A stretch of 61,794 nt of DNA from Candidatus Daviesbacteria bacterium (GCA_021731695.1 JAKFWZ010000070.1:1-61794); one strand, 5' to 3'. Positions 36,498 to 47,043 are shown, counted from the first letter of the stretch. Notes: generated from the letters alone by a model not told the origin. Program-made: numbers and translations.

Positions 36498-36944
36498 CTA
36501 AACCTTTAGAACATACATTTGTTCATCTGTGCTTTCGGTGACTCCTCCGACAGACTGATATAATGCGACTGCTTCGGCGTTTGATTTATTTGTGAGCACC
36601 CAGACTTCATCAGCTTCTACTTCTTTTGCCCATTTTTTCAGTTCTTCGATAAGTGCCTTACCAATCCCGTTTCTCCGAAAATCTTCATGAACACCAATTT
36701 CATAAAGTAACACTTCAGCTTTTCTTTTATCAAATCTTTGCAATCTATATGCTGTTAAAAATCCAACTGTTGTTTTATCCCAGAAAGCAGCGAGCAAGAC
36801 ATTATCTGGATTCTTTAAAAACTTTTCTCCCTCAATTTTGTCCCATACCGTACCTTCATCTAGTAAGGAGTCAATTTGAAGTATCAACTCATCATCAAAT
36901 TGAGTTATTTGTATAATATGAAACTTCTCCTCAGTTTGTTCCAT
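36498..36944 (-). CDS. GNAT-family N-acetyltransferase
   Basis: LYEIGVHEDFRRNGIGKALI, AVALYQSVG. Confidence 0.88.
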   Translation of the reverse strand: MEQTEEKFHIIQITQFDDELILQIDSLLDEGTVWDKIEGEKFLKNPDNVLLAAFWDKTTVGFLTAYRLQRFDKRKAEVLLYEIGVHEDFRRNGIGKALIEELKKWAKEVEADEVWVLTNKSNAEAVALYQSVGGVTESTDEQMYVLKV

Positions 36945-37045
36945 TAGAGACATTATATCAGGTGCGAATGTTTTGAAGAAAAATGAGGCTTTTAGCATGC
37001 CAGTTCGAGCTGTATAGAGAGTACGGTCACTCTCGGTTCTTATAT

Positions 37046-37119
37046 TGGCTGCGGGACTAGGATTTGAACCTAGATAGACGCCTCCAAAGGGCGCCGTCCT
37101 ACCATTAAACGATCCCGCA
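37046..37119 (-). tRNA. tRNA-Gln(TTG), CCA encoded
   Basis: tgcggga/tcccgca, gcgcc-ctTTGga-ggcgt, T-arm ctagg-ttcaaat-cctag. Confidence 0.95.
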
Positions 37120-37217
37120 ATAAAGTGACAAGTAGGATTTTAACAGAATTTACACATTTCTTGAAGCACTGAGCCTGGATTGGCATCTACTTGCGTTGAT
37201 CTGTTATCATACTCAGG

Positions 37218-37982
37218 ATGGATTTTGGACTTCTTCCAAAGACTCTGCAATTTATTGCTTCTCTGAGTCTGGCAATGAACGTTTCAGCAACACCTGCTCC
37301 AGAGGTTAGTTTAACCTCCCCTAAGTTTATCTCTTCCCAAAACATTCCCGCTGAGGAAATTCAAAGCTTAAATGTTATAAATCCCAATACTAATATCGAG
37401 CTTGTGATAAAACCTGAAGAGCCTAAAGAGGTAACGGTCGAGCAACCACCTGTTACTTTTACAGTTGTACAACCTACTCCAAAACCTACACCTGAGCCTG
37501 AAGAAGAATCAAAAGAAAAAATTGAGATTATTAAAGAAGCAAAGGCACAAGAACCCTCACCATCCCCTTCTGCATCGCCTACTTCAACCCCGACACCGCA
37601 ACCAAGTTTAACACCTTCAGGATCAACATCAACAGACTCGAACGGCGAAAGAATGTTTGCGATGGTTAATGAGTATCGAGCCGGAAAAGGTTTAACATCT
37701 TTTGAAAAAGACGGCAGGCTTTGCGAAATAGCAACTAAACGCGCTCCCCAGATAAATGGTGAATTATCCAACGGAACTTTGCATAAAGGATTTAAGGATC
37801 TGAATTTACCTTATTGGGCAACTGAAAATATTGCCGCCTACTCAACTCTAGAACAAAATCTTAAGTTTTGGTTATCCGATTATATTCACAAAAAAGCAAT
37901 CGAGAGTGATAATAAATATAGCTGCACTGCCTGTTCGGGTACCTCCTGCTCCCAAATTTTTACCAGCTTTGTGGGAAAGTAA
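37218..37982 (+). CDS. CAP/SCP-domain exported protein
   Basis: P/T/S linker, then MVNEYRAGKGL, ENIA, WLSDYIHKKAI. Confidence 0.85.
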   Translation: MDFGLLPKTLQFIASLSLAMNVSATPAPEVSLTSPKFISSQNIPAEEIQSLNVINPNTNIELVIKPEEPKEVTVEQPPVTFTVVQPTPKPTPEPEEESKEKIEIIKEAKAQEPSPSPSASPTSTPTPQPSLTPSGSTSTDSNGERMFAMVNEYRAGKGLTSFEKDGRLCEIATKRAPQINGELSNGTLHKGFKDLNLPYWATENIAAYSTLEQNLKFWLSDYIHKKAIESDNKYSCTACSGTSCSQIFTSFVGK

Positions 37983-38067
37983 ATATTTTAAAATCTCTTC
38001 TTACTACTTAATACTAAACTAAGCATCACAATAGTTAACACCGATGGAATTTAGTTATAAACTCTGA

Positions 38068-38775
38068 TTACTTCTCGTTATATCCGCCGAATTTGTAGTT
38101 AATTAAATTTGCAGATTTAAATTTCCCTAATATAAAAAACACAGATAAGAGAATGTATTGTAAAAAGGTTTTTAGAATACCGTACTTTTTAAAACGTCTG
38201 TCGGAAACAAACACTTTAAACGGGAGAATTTGAAAGCTGCCTAATTTTGAAGCACTTCTTATAAAAGCTATATCATCATACGTAAGCGAACTATCAAATC
38301 CGTTAACTTTACTAAATAGTTTCTTATTCACTACAATGCATGATCCGGCTCCGCTCGGTAAAAGATTTTGTAAAATGAAAAATATTGCATTGAAGAAAAC
38401 ATAAATCAGATCAATTAAAAGAACAGATTTATATGGAAAATAAAAAGGACAGGCGATTTCAAGACCTGATTTAGTTATTATTTTAAATACATTCTCCAAA
38501 AAATTTTTCTCAACCCGGACATCGGCATCCAAAAAAACAAGATAATTTCCCTGAGACCTTTTGCCTCCGAATGTTCTTTGCTCTGCCGGACTTTTCTTTG
38601 CTTTATAAAATTTTACATTATTTTTTTTCGCAATTTTTTCCGTCCGGTCTTCAGAATATCCATCAACCACAATAATTTCAAACGGCGGACAGTTCTGCTT
38701 CTTTAAATCATTAAGCAAATTTCCCAAATATTTTTCTTCGTTAAGGGTGGGAATAATTATGCTGATTTTATTCAT
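38068..38775 (-). CDS. GT2 glycosyltransferase (carotenoid glycosyltransferase candidate)
   Basis: ISIIIPTLNEEKYL, IIVVDG.S.D.T, FLDAD; last gene of the crt operon. Confidence 0.85.
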   Translation of the reverse strand: MNKISIIIPTLNEEKYLGNLLNDLKKQNCPPFEIIVVDGYSEDRTEKIAKKNNVKFYKAKKSPAEQRTFGGKRSQGNYLVFLDADVRVEKNFLENVFKIITKSGLEIACPFYFPYKSVLLIDLIYVFFNAIFFILQNLLPSGAGSCIVVNKKLFSKVNGFDSSLTYDDIAFIRSASKLGSFQILPFKVFVSDRRFKKYGILKTFLQYILLSVFFILGKFKSANLINYKFGGYNEK

Positions 38776-38781
38776 AAATCT

Positions 38782-39627
38782 TTAAAGATATTGTTTAGCA
38801 ATAAGTATAGAAACAAAAAGAAAAAAACCGAGAATAAGATTTATAAAAGGAAAGGCCCAGTAAAGCGACGCGGTATTTTTTCTAAAAAGTGCGTGAACGG
38901 GAAGCAAGGAGTAGATTAATCCCAGGATTTTAATAAAAGGATTTAGATCCTGAAGAAATAAAACACCGGCTGATATAGCCCAAAGAAAAGAACATAAATA
39001 TAAACTTTTCCTCTCGCCTAAATATACAGCGGTTGTTGCAAGTCCTGCCTTTTGATCGGATTTAATATCAGGAATTGCGGAAAATAAATGCATACTCCAA
39101 ACCCAGATGCTGCTTCCGAGCAGAATCTCCCAGGAGATATCGTTCCTAAAATACAAACAACCTAAAACTCCCGGAAGAATATAAAGAACATTGGAAATTG
39201 AATCAAGAAACATTCTTGTTTTAAATCTGAGAGGTGGCGCACTGTAACTAAATGATAGAAAAATAAACAGCGCAAAAATCAGTTTAGAAAGTGTGCTCTC
39301 CTGGATTAGATAAACAGGAATGCTTATCAAAGACGATATTAAAAGTAGAATAGTTACAAAACTTTTTTGGTTTTTTTTAAGTAAAACTTCTTTTGTCCCT
39401 TTTTTCTTATTAAAACGGTCAGTGTCTCCATCGAAATAATCATTAATACCATATAGTAATAGGTTAGCCGGTAATAAAAAATAAAGAAAATTTATAACAA
39501 AAAAACCTGAAATAAGTTGTGAAACTTCACTGCTGCCCGCCAGAAAACCTATCAAAAAAGGTCCCGCCAGATAGATCCAAAACCTTGGTCTTGAAAGGTT
39601 TAAAATATAATTAATGCTGCGGCTCAT
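38782..39627 (-). CDS. UbiA-family prenyltransferase, lycopene elongase (CrtEb/LyeJ-like)
   Basis: SRPRFWIY, YGINDYFDGDTD..N.KKG, YSAPPLRFK.R.FLDS.SN, HLFSAIPDI..D. Confidence 0.8.
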   Translation of the reverse strand: MSRSINYILNLSRPRFWIYLAGPFLIGFLAGSSEVSQLISGFFVINFLYFLLPANLLLYGINDYFDGDTDRFNKKKGTKEVLLKKNQKSFVTILLLISSLISIPVYLIQESTLSKLIFALFIFLSFSYSAPPLRFKTRMFLDSISNVLYILPGVLGCLYFRNDISWEILLGSSIWVWSMHLFSAIPDIKSDQKAGLATTAVYLGERKSLYLCSFLWAISAGVLFLQDLNPFIKILGLIYSLLPVHALFRKNTASLYWAFPFINLILGFFLFVSILIAKQYL

Positions 39628-40454
39628 TTTGATAAGTAATTCTTTAGAATGCTGTAAATAATTAGAGAAATAGGCGGTTTAACTTTCTTTCTATATACAA
39701 TAAACGGATCCTTCTCCAGCTGCTGCGCAGTCCAGATATACATATCGGATGCGGTTTTAACCGGAACACGTAATCTTTTAGGAATATATTTAAATCCTTT
39801 TTCTGCATCACTTTGCCAACCCCGCCATCTATTAATTTCCCCGTTAATTAGCTTTTTAAATTTTATCCTGTTTTTCAGTGCGGTCTGTTCTTCAATATCT
39901 CCAAATCCGTTTTTTTCAAGTACGTCTTGCGGAATGTAATTTCTTCCGAGCATATTGTCCTCTTCAATGTCCCTAAGGAAGTTTATATATTGCATTGCCT
40001 TTCCCAGCAATCCTGCGCTTTCCGCTGATTCCTTCGGAAGATTTAAAATATTTGCCATCATAAATCCAATCACTTGAGCTGAACCAAAAATATACTCCTC
40101 TAACTCTTTTATCGTTTTATAATTTCGTTTTTGTAAATCCATCCGCATTGCATTAAGAAAAGCAGTAGTCCAACCCTTTTTAAATTTTTTTCTTTTTTCA
40201 AGGGAAATATATGAGTAAATAATTTCGTTTTCTGAAAATCCGGAGCGGGAAGCTTTTTTGTATTCAATGGCAAATTCATTAAATTCCTTTTTTCTTTGGG
40301 GAATTGAATCAACAAAATCGTCGGCAGTTCTGACAAATGCGTATAAGACAAAGACATTTTTTCGCACTTCCTCAGGGAAAAACAGACTCGTATAAAAGTA
40401 AGTACGGCTCCCCTTTTTAAAAATTTTTAAAAGCCGGCTATTCATCTGATTCAA
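39624..40454 (-). CDS. crtB: Phytoene synthase
   Basis: GSRTYFYTS, LYAFVRTADDFVD, AMQYINFLRDIEED..LGR.YIP. Confidence 0.92.
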   Translation of the reverse strand: MNQMNSRLLKIFKKGSRTYFYTSLFFPEEVRKNVFVLYAFVRTADDFVDSIPQRKKEFNEFAIEYKKASRSGFSENEIIYSYISLEKRKKFKKGWTTAFLNAMRMDLQKRNYKTIKELEEYIFGSAQVIGFMMANILNLPKESAESAGLLGKAMQYINFLRDIEEDNMLGRNYIPQDVLEKNGFGDIEEQTALKNRIKFKKLINGEINRWRGWQSDAEKGFKYIPKRLRVPVKTASDMYIWTAQQLEKDPFIVYRKKVKPPISLIIYSILKNYLSK

Positions 40455-41904
40455 TCATTTCACTGACTATTTGAGAAGAAATCAGGCAAACTGGCATACC
40501 GATACCGGGGTGGGTATATTGTCCGGTATAGTAAAGATTGTTAACCTTTTTGCTCTTATGTGACGGACGGAACAAGGCACTTTGCATAAGCATATGACTC
40601 AAACCCAAAGCTGTTCCTTTATAGGAATTATAAAGAGTGCTGAAATCATTAATACTGAATATTCTTTCAACTTCGATATCATCTATAAATTTTTCGCCAA
40701 TCAATTCCTCTAGATGTTTTAAAATTTTGTCTCTATAAATCTTGCGATTTTTTACATTGTCCTTGAGATTCGATGAAACCGGTACCAAAATAAATAAGTT
40801 TTCCTTTCCTGCTGGTGCCACGGAAGGATCGGTTTTTGAAGGAGCACAAATATAGTACGACGGGTTTGCAGGCCATGATGGTTTATTAAAAATTTCCTCA
40901 AAATGTTCTTCCCAATTTTTCTCCAGAAAAAGGTTATGGTGTTTAAGTTTTTTAAGTTTTTTCCCTATACCCAGATATAAAATAAATGCTGAAGGGGCTA
41001 TTGTTTTTTTATTCCAATATTTTTCCGGATAGGTTTGAAATTTCTCCGGCAATAATTTAGTTTCAGCAAATGCATAATCAGCGTTTACAACAACCAGGTC
41101 AGCCCCGTATTCTTTCTTTCCCGATTTGACATGGGTTATTTTTTTATCACTGAATTTGTATCCGCTGACGGGTTGATTGTAATAAATTTTTACATTATGT
41201 CTTTTGCAAAGCGCAACCAGAGACGAAACCAGTTCGTTGATACCACCCATCGGATACCAAACACCCATTTTAAAATCTATATAGCTCATCATTGAATAAA
41301 GTGCCGGAGTATTTTTGGGAGAACCGCCTAAAAATACAATACTGTAAGATAATATTTTTTTTAATTTATCTTCTGAGAAATATCTTCCGATAAATTTTGC
41401 CAGATTGTCAAAAATGTGCATTTTAGGGCCGTTTAAAATAATTTCTTTTCTAAAAAAATCTTTAAAAGATCTGTAATCCCTATAAATAAAATGCTTCAAC
41501 GATTCCTTGTACAAAAATTCAGATTGTTTAAGATAAAGCCCCAGTTTCTTATCGCCATTCTCTTCAAAAGTTTTAAATAGCTCCATTGTTTTTCTATAGT
41601 CGGAGGGTATATCCGTAATGCCCTCGCCTTCAAAAAAAATCCGATATGAGGGATCAAGTTTCTTTAACTTAAAAAAATTTTCCGGCTTCTCTCCGAATAT
41701 TTTAAAGAATTTTTCAAATACATCCGGCATTAAATACCAAGACGGTCCCATATCAAAAACAAAGCCATTCTTTTTCCAGACTCCGGCTCTGCCTCCTGGC
41801 TGACTATTTTTCTCCAAAATCGTAACGTTATATCCTTTTTTGGCAAGCAAAGCCCCGGCAGAAAGGCCACCAATCCCCGCACCTATAATCACAACATTTT
41901 TCAC
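40438..41904 (-). CDS. crtI: Phytoene desaturase
   Basis: VIIGAGIGGL, FDMGPSW, YPMGG, THPGIGMPVCLIS. Confidence 0.93.
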   Translation of the reverse strand: MKNVVIIGAGIGGLSAGALLAKKGYNVTILEKNSQPGGRAGVWKKNGFVFDMGPSWYLMPDVFEKFFKIFGEKPENFFKLKKLDPSYRIFFEGEGITDIPSDYRKTMELFKTFEENGDKKLGLYLKQSEFLYKESLKHFIYRDYRSFKDFFRKEIILNGPKMHIFDNLAKFIGRYFSEDKLKKILSYSIVFLGGSPKNTPALYSMMSYIDFKMGVWYPMGGINELVSSLVALCKRHNVKIYYNQPVSGYKFSDKKITHVKSGKKEYGADLVVVNADYAFAETKLLPEKFQTYPEKYWNKKTIAPSAFILYLGIGKKLKKLKHHNLFLEKNWEEHFEEIFNKPSWPANPSYYICAPSKTDPSVAPAGKENLFILVPVSSNLKDNVKNRKIYRDKILKHLEELIGEKFIDDIEVERIFSINDFSTLYNSYKGTALGLSHMLMQSALFRPSHKSKKVNNLYYTGQYTHPGIGMPVCLISSQIVSEMIESDE

Positions 41905-41999
41905 CCAACAAGAATAACAGTTTTATTATTTAATCGCAAAAACGCTGACTGGAGGGTATGAATAAAAGATAACCCGGTTGAAGCCCACTGGCGTCAACT

Positions 42000-42659
42000 T
42001 CATTTCTTCTGATTTGAGCCGTCGCTATTGGCAACGTTATGGATAACATCCGTAGTCATTTTAATTGGAGCTGTAATATAAGGAAAATCTCTGGCCAGCT
42101 TTTCCGCCAACGAAGGTTTTGCTCTTTGAATCTGCGTTAATATTGATCTTTCAATATAACCCGTATCCGTGCGTCTTAACATTTCTTCAAGCTCAGGATC
42201 CGGTTTTTTGATTCCTACGTGTTTTCGTATCTCAGCTAATACCTCAAGTGCTTTCGTAACCTCTTCCTCAGCGATCAAATTAACCCTTAAATGGACTTCT
42301 TCACGCAAAGTGCTGACATAAGACGATCTGTTTTGCGAAACCAAAATAAAAATAGCTAAAAAGATCGCTTCGAGAGACACAATCATGGTTAAAAAGCCAA
42401 AAGGGTACGGGTCAAAGGGCACAACTCCAGGGACAACTCCGACATTCAAAGCGATCCATGAGGTAAAGAGGATAATATGAAAAACTAAAAATTGAGTTGA
42501 GCCACAGATTTCAGTTAAATCGTCTGAGATTTGTGTGAGAAGCGAACGTGATCTTAAAGATTTTGCCTCAAAGGACTTAAAAAATTGACGTCTTTGCTCA
42601 GCACCCTGAACAGTATTTGGCTGGGCTTTTACTTCATCAAACTTTTTTTCAGGTTCCAT
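42000..42659 (-). CDS. DUF1003-family membrane protein
   Basis: FDPYPFGFLTMIVSLEAIFLAIFILVSQNR. Confidence 0.9.
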   Translation of the reverse strand: MEPEKKFDEVKAQPNTVQGAEQRRQFFKSFEAKSLRSRSLLTQISDDLTEICGSTQFLVFHIILFTSWIALNVGVVPGVVPFDPYPFGFLTMIVSLEAIFLAIFILVSQNRSSYVSTLREEVHLRVNLIAEEEVTKALEVLAEIRKHVGIKKPDPELEEMLRRTDTGYIERSILTQIQRAKPSLAEKLARDFPYITAPIKMTTDVIHNVANSDGSNQKK

Positions 42660-42735
42660 AGCGTTAATTTAATAGTGCATCCAAAGTGTGTCAGGAGTCA
42701 AGAGTCATGAGTCAATGGTTCATGTGGTTTTGGTT

Positions 42736-42850
42736 GAGGTTAAACGGTAACGAAGCTCGTATGGTAAAGCGCTATAGGTGTCAGAGTTCTTTTTTCACCA
42801 TCTTCCAGACCCCCTCACGATACCAGCATCGCTACCGTATAACTCTTAAC
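42736..42850 (+). repeat. ~115-bp dispersed intergenic repeat, copy 2
   Basis: ggtaacgaagctcgtatggt...caccatcttcc...accgtataac. Confidence 0.8.
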
Positions 42851-42878
42851 CGATCTGTATATTAAGATTGGGTGTCAA

Positions 42879-43364
42879 TTAATTTTTATTAGCGAAGATT
42901 GAGGATTTTTTAATTAACTTCGCATGATAAACGATCTCTCTTACTTCCCCATCATCTCCTTCAATTTCGTTAACGCCTGACATCCTTGCATATTCCTGAA
43001 GATAATCAGACAACGATCCCTGATTTTCCTTAAGCTCCCCTTTTAAATCTTTAAACTTTTTATCTAAGTCAGCAGCCTGTGGCTGTTTTAAAATCTGAGC
43101 CTTTGTGTTTTGTTTAACTCTTGCGGCTTCTTTTGATGCTTTTTCGTGTTCCTGATACGTTGGATCATTATTAAAAATATCGTCTAACATATCCTTAATC
43201 TTTTTAGCTTCTACTTCCAGCGTATCGATAGTAGAAATATGCCCTTTAATAAGGGATTCCATATTGATTAAGATTTCGGAATTTTTTGCACCCGGTTCAA
43301 GAGCAACTTGAGTGACCTCTACTGCTTCAGTTACATCTTCAGCTGGTTTGGTGTTTTCATCCAT
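42879..43364 (-). CDS. Hypothetical coiled-coil protein
   Basis: 161-aa ORF. Confidence 0.75.
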   Translation of the reverse strand: MDENTKPAEDVTEAVEVTQVALEPGAKNSEILINMESLIKGHISTIDTLEVEAKKIKDMLDDIFNNDPTYQEHEKASKEAARVKQNTKAQILKQPQAADLDKKFKDLKGELKENQGSLSDYLQEYARMSGVNEIEGDDGEVREIVYHAKLIKKSSIFANKN

Positions 43365-43471
43365 GAATATTGAATTTAGAATATAGGACTATATTTTGCA
43401 AGGGCTCAGTTTTAAATAACTCAGTTAATCGCGCAGAAATCACGCAAAAAATCGCGCAATAGGCATAAACT

Positions 43472-44533
43472 TCATTCTGCCGAAGTGTAATAAGAAGCGG
43501 GGCCGCGGCCTTCAAGTTTAATTAACTTTTTATCAACCAGCCCCTTTAGTTTAAGCTGTGCAGTTCTTTTAGCAATTCCCAGAAGCTTTATAACATCATC
43601 AGATTTAATAGTGTTCGAAGATACTAGAAGATCAATTATTTTTACTTCATCAGGATCTAAAACTGTCTGTGCTCCGGTTGCACTTTTATTGAAACCTAAG
43701 GAATCAATAATTTTACGCACTTTTCTTGCTTCAACTAAAAATCCGGCAATAAAATATTCCATCCACGGTGTTAAATCCTGACCCTCGTGATAGTGATCTC
43801 CCTGAACCATATTCTCAGCATTGTAATAATCCTCCCGATTTTTGTTATAAAACTCCTCAAGTACAATAATTTTTCTAAAATCCCATTCATCTCTATAAAG
43901 AGAAAACTGAGTTAAAAGACGTGCCATTCTTCCATTACCATCTGAGAAAGGATGAATGGAAACAAACTGTAAATGCAAAATTCCCGCTTTTAAAATTGGC
44001 TGTAAATCTTCGTTTTTATCAGAAGCCTTTTTATACCAATCAACCATTTCTTTGATCAATCTTTTAACTTCGTCTGCCTGAGGTCCTTGATATCTAAGTT
44101 GCTCAGTTCCGTTGCCGTTATCATCTACAACATAAATTTCTCCAGGTCTAAATTTACCAAGCTTCTCTTCGGGCAACAGACCTTTCATAGAAATAGCATG
44201 TAAATTTAAAATTAATTCAGGTGTTAATTCTTTTTTTTCTTTCGCAAGTTTTTCAACTTCTTTTACCGCATTTTGATAATTTTTGACTTCTAAAATACTT
44301 TTATCGTCAGCGGCCACGGACATTCCTGATAGAACACGATCAACCTGATGTTCGGCTAATTGATTTCCCTCGATAGAAGTTGAAGTATGAACCATTCGAA
44401 TTAATGCTTCGCGTTTCAACTGAAGTTCATTTAAAGGAAGCACACGGGATCTCTCGATTATTGTTTTTATTTCAGTAATCTCTACGATTGCGGAAAGTGC
44501 TTCAGGGGTAATTGTGTATTTGGGCTTATACAT
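43472..44533 (-). CDS. Fic-domain protein with C-terminal wHTH
   Basis: STSIEGN; HPFSDGNGRMAR; C-terminal LGIAKRTAQLKLKGL HTH. Confidence 0.93.
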   Translation of the reverse strand: MYKPKYTITPEALSAIVEITEIKTIIERSRVLPLNELQLKREALIRMVHTSTSIEGNQLAEHQVDRVLSGMSVAADDKSILEVKNYQNAVKEVEKLAKEKKELTPELILNLHAISMKGLLPEEKLGKFRPGEIYVVDDNGNGTEQLRYQGPQADEVKRLIKEMVDWYKKASDKNEDLQPILKAGILHLQFVSIHPFSDGNGRMARLLTQFSLYRDEWDFRKIIVLEEFYNKNREDYYNAENMVQGDHYHEGQDLTPWMEYFIAGFLVEARKVRKIIDSLGFNKSATGAQTVLDPDEVKIIDLLVSSNTIKSDDVIKLLGIAKRTAQLKLKGLVDKKLIKLEGRGPASYYTSAE

Positions 44534-44651
44534 CTTTATATATTATATCATAGCTTGCGTGATTTTATGCGCAATTATGCGCGATCGAATTTGATGAATG
44601 TTGAGTCCAAATTGAGGCTAATGCGCGATATTTTGCGCGATTCTTGCGTGA

Positions 44652-45275
44652 TTATATAAATAGTCCTTCAAGTGGGCCTGCAGAATAATCATTTGCTCTT
44701 TTAGGATAAAATTCTCTAGAGCAAAGTATTAACATATTGGCGAAATCTGCCCAGTGCTCTTGCGGCACAATTACCATTAACTCCTGTTCAATTTTAACAG
44801 GATCATTATCGTTGTCTGTTAAACCTAACTTTGGTGCAAGCCTCATCACATGGGTATCAACCACCACCCCGGAATTTATTTTAAATGCGTTGCACAAAAC
44901 GACATTGGCTGTTTTTCTCGCAACTCCCGGCAGCGCATCTAATTCCTCCATTGTTTTTGGCACTTCCCCGTTATGTTTTTCTACCATCATCTTTGAAGCC
45001 TCAACGATATTCTTAGCTTTATTTGAATGGAATGTTACTTTGGATATCATTTTATCGATCTCTTCCGGCGTAGCTTTACTCACAGCATTTGCGTCGGGAT
45101 ATTTTTTAAAGAGTTCAGGAGTTACTTTATTTACTAGAACATCGGTGCACTGCGCCGCCATGATCGTGCCAATTAAAAGTTCAAATGGAGTATTGAAATT
45201 TAAAGCTGTTATTGGATTAGGGTAAATCGGCCGCAGCCGTTTAATTATTTCTAAAACCTTTTCTTCACGGGTCAT
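44652..45275 (-). CDS. nth: Endonuclease III (lacks the C-terminal 4Fe-4S Cys cluster)
   Basis: PFELLIGTIMAAQCTD..VN; HhH LPGVARKTANVVL; VVDTHV. Confidence 0.92.
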   Translation of the reverse strand: MTREEKVLEIIKRLRPIYPNPITALNFNTPFELLIGTIMAAQCTDVLVNKVTPELFKKYPDANAVSKATPEEIDKMISKVTFHSNKAKNIVEASKMMVEKHNGEVPKTMEELDALPGVARKTANVVLCNAFKINSGVVVDTHVMRLAPKLGLTDNDNDPVKIEQELMVIVPQEHWADFANMLILCSREFYPKRANDYSAGPLEGLFI

Positions 45276-45521
45276 ATGGTTATTTAAGGATTGCGGGAAT
45301 GAGTCTTCGATGACTCACCTCTCCCTCATTTCACTCAGTCTGGGATGAGCAAGCTCTCCCTTCTTTCACTTCGTTCAGTCGAACTGGAGCGATAACTCTT
45401 GAACACTTTCCTGAGTTAGCAGAAGCTCTCCAGCTATATTGGAATTTTAACACTTTTACATTAAAAGATCCTCATTTAGAACAAGCTCAGGGGATTGCAA
45501 CTAAGGAGTATAATACACCGT

Positions 45522-45776
45522 ATGAATACTAAGGGTTCTGAGTCATCTAAGAAGACCACTATAAATAATAAGCCTAAAATCCATCTTAAATCCAAAGACC
45601 TCATCATAACGAAGGACTCTACTGAAGGAAAAGAACTGCTAGGGTTAATAGAAGCGTTAGTTGCTGTTGACATTGCGGGTCCTAGAGCTGCCCTGAATGC
45701 CTCCAGTATGAGCGATAATAACGGAGGAGAAATTATATACACTCTTACTGAGGACATGGTTAAGAAAGGTCACTAA
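45522..45776 (+). CDS. Small hypothetical protein (island)
   Basis: TATAAT 7 nt before ATG 45522. Confidence 0.5.
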   Translation: MNTKGSESSKKTTINNKPKIHLKSKDLIITKDSTEGKELLGLIEALVAVDIAGPRAALNASSMSDNNGGEIIYTLTEDMVKKGH

Positions 45777-46080
45777 TTAGGAAGAAAGGTCTTGAACTTA
45801 ATTATAGTAGAGAATACATATGGTGTAAGTTGTTTATTTATTCAGTATTATACGAATTTTCATATTATTCACTCGTAACTAGGTAAGGCTTTGTTCTCAC
45901 AAGCGCAAAAGTATAAACTCCCCCTGGCTAAAAATCTATGTATGGGGAGTAGGTGGTGCTTCCGGGGGCTTCTCTCTAAAATTTATAGAAAATTAGATTC
46001 AAAACTATATCATAGTTATAAGTACTTTCTATCCTAGAAAATTCAATCTTTTTTGTATTAAAAAGTTGTAAAATCAGACG

Positions 46081-47043
46081 ATGGCGAGAGCGATTAAATT
46101 AGATCTTATTCTAAAATCTCGAGAAGCGATATTGTCAGCAGTTCAGATTTTTAATAATCCCTTGATGGAATTTAAAACTGAGTCATTTATTGTGCTTTCA
46201 ATGATAGGCTGGATGTATCTACTCCACGCTTACTATAAATCTAAAGGTATGAATTACAGATACTTTGAGCTTAGAGGTGTTAGGAGAACTTATTTAAGGA
46301 ATGCTGATGGTAGTTTTCGATTTTGGGACTTATCAGAATGCTTGAATAACGAAGGTTGTCCGCTAGACAAAGACACAGTAAATAATTTAAGTTTTCTAAT
46401 CGGTTTAAGAAATCAGATTGAACATCAAAAGCCATCAGATTTAGACTCTTACCTATCTGCTAGATACCAAGCCTGCACTCTAAATTTCAATTATTATATA
46501 AAGAAGCTCTTTGGTGAAAAATACTCATTAGACAATCTTCTAGCTTTAAGTTTGCAATTCGCTGAGTTAGATTATGATCAAGCTCAAATAATAAAAGATA
46601 AGTCGAATCTAATACCACCCAATGTAAATGCTTATATTGCTTCATTTGATAGTAAATTAACTCCTGATGAACAGAATAGTGAAAGATTTGCCTATCGTTT
46701 GTTATTTACTAAAGTTACTGCTAAGAGAGCCGGTCAAGCTGATAGAGTTATTGAATTTTTAAATCCTAACTCAGAACTAGCTAAGACTATAGATAAAGAA
46801 TATTGGGTAACAAGTGATAGAGAAAAGCCTAAATTTTCTCCTACACAAGTGGTAGAGACTATACAAGACGCCGGATTTTTAAGATTCAAGATAAGTGATC
46901 ATACAGACATCTGGAAAGAGTATGATGCAAAAAACCCATCCTCAGGGTATGGAGTGATGGTAGTTAAAACTTGGTATTGGTATCAGAATTGGATTGATTT
47001 TGTACTTGAGAAGCTAAAAGATAAGCCTGACGCCGCACAATAA
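46081..47043 (+). CDS. DUF3644-like HEPN-domain protein (predicted RNase/defence)
   Basis: KSREAILSAVQIFNNP...ESFIVL..IGW.YLLHAYY and the Rx4H motif RNQIEH. Confidence 0.8.
   Translation: MARAIKLDLILKSREAILSAVQIFNNPLMEFKTESFIVLSMIGWMYLLHAYYKSKGMNYRYFELRGVRRTYLRNADGSFRFWDLSECLNNEGCPLDKDTVNNLSFLIGLRNQIEHQKPSDLDSYLSARYQACTLNFNYYIKKLFGEKYSLDNLLALSLQFAELDYDQAQIIKDKSNLIPPNVNAYIASFDSKLTPDEQNSERFAYRLLFTKVTAKRAGQADRVIEFLNPNSELAKTIDKEYWVTSDREKPKFSPTQVVETIQDAGFLRFKISDHTDIWKEYDAKNPSSGYGVMVVKTWYWYQNWIDFVLEKLKDKPDAAQ

Noticed and set aside
45381-45410. Exact attL for the tRNA-Pro island (ctggagcgataactcttgaac)
   Set aside because: Only patchy similarity to ctggtcggggataaaggacttgaac. It is not a convincing direct repeat, so the left boundary is left approximate.
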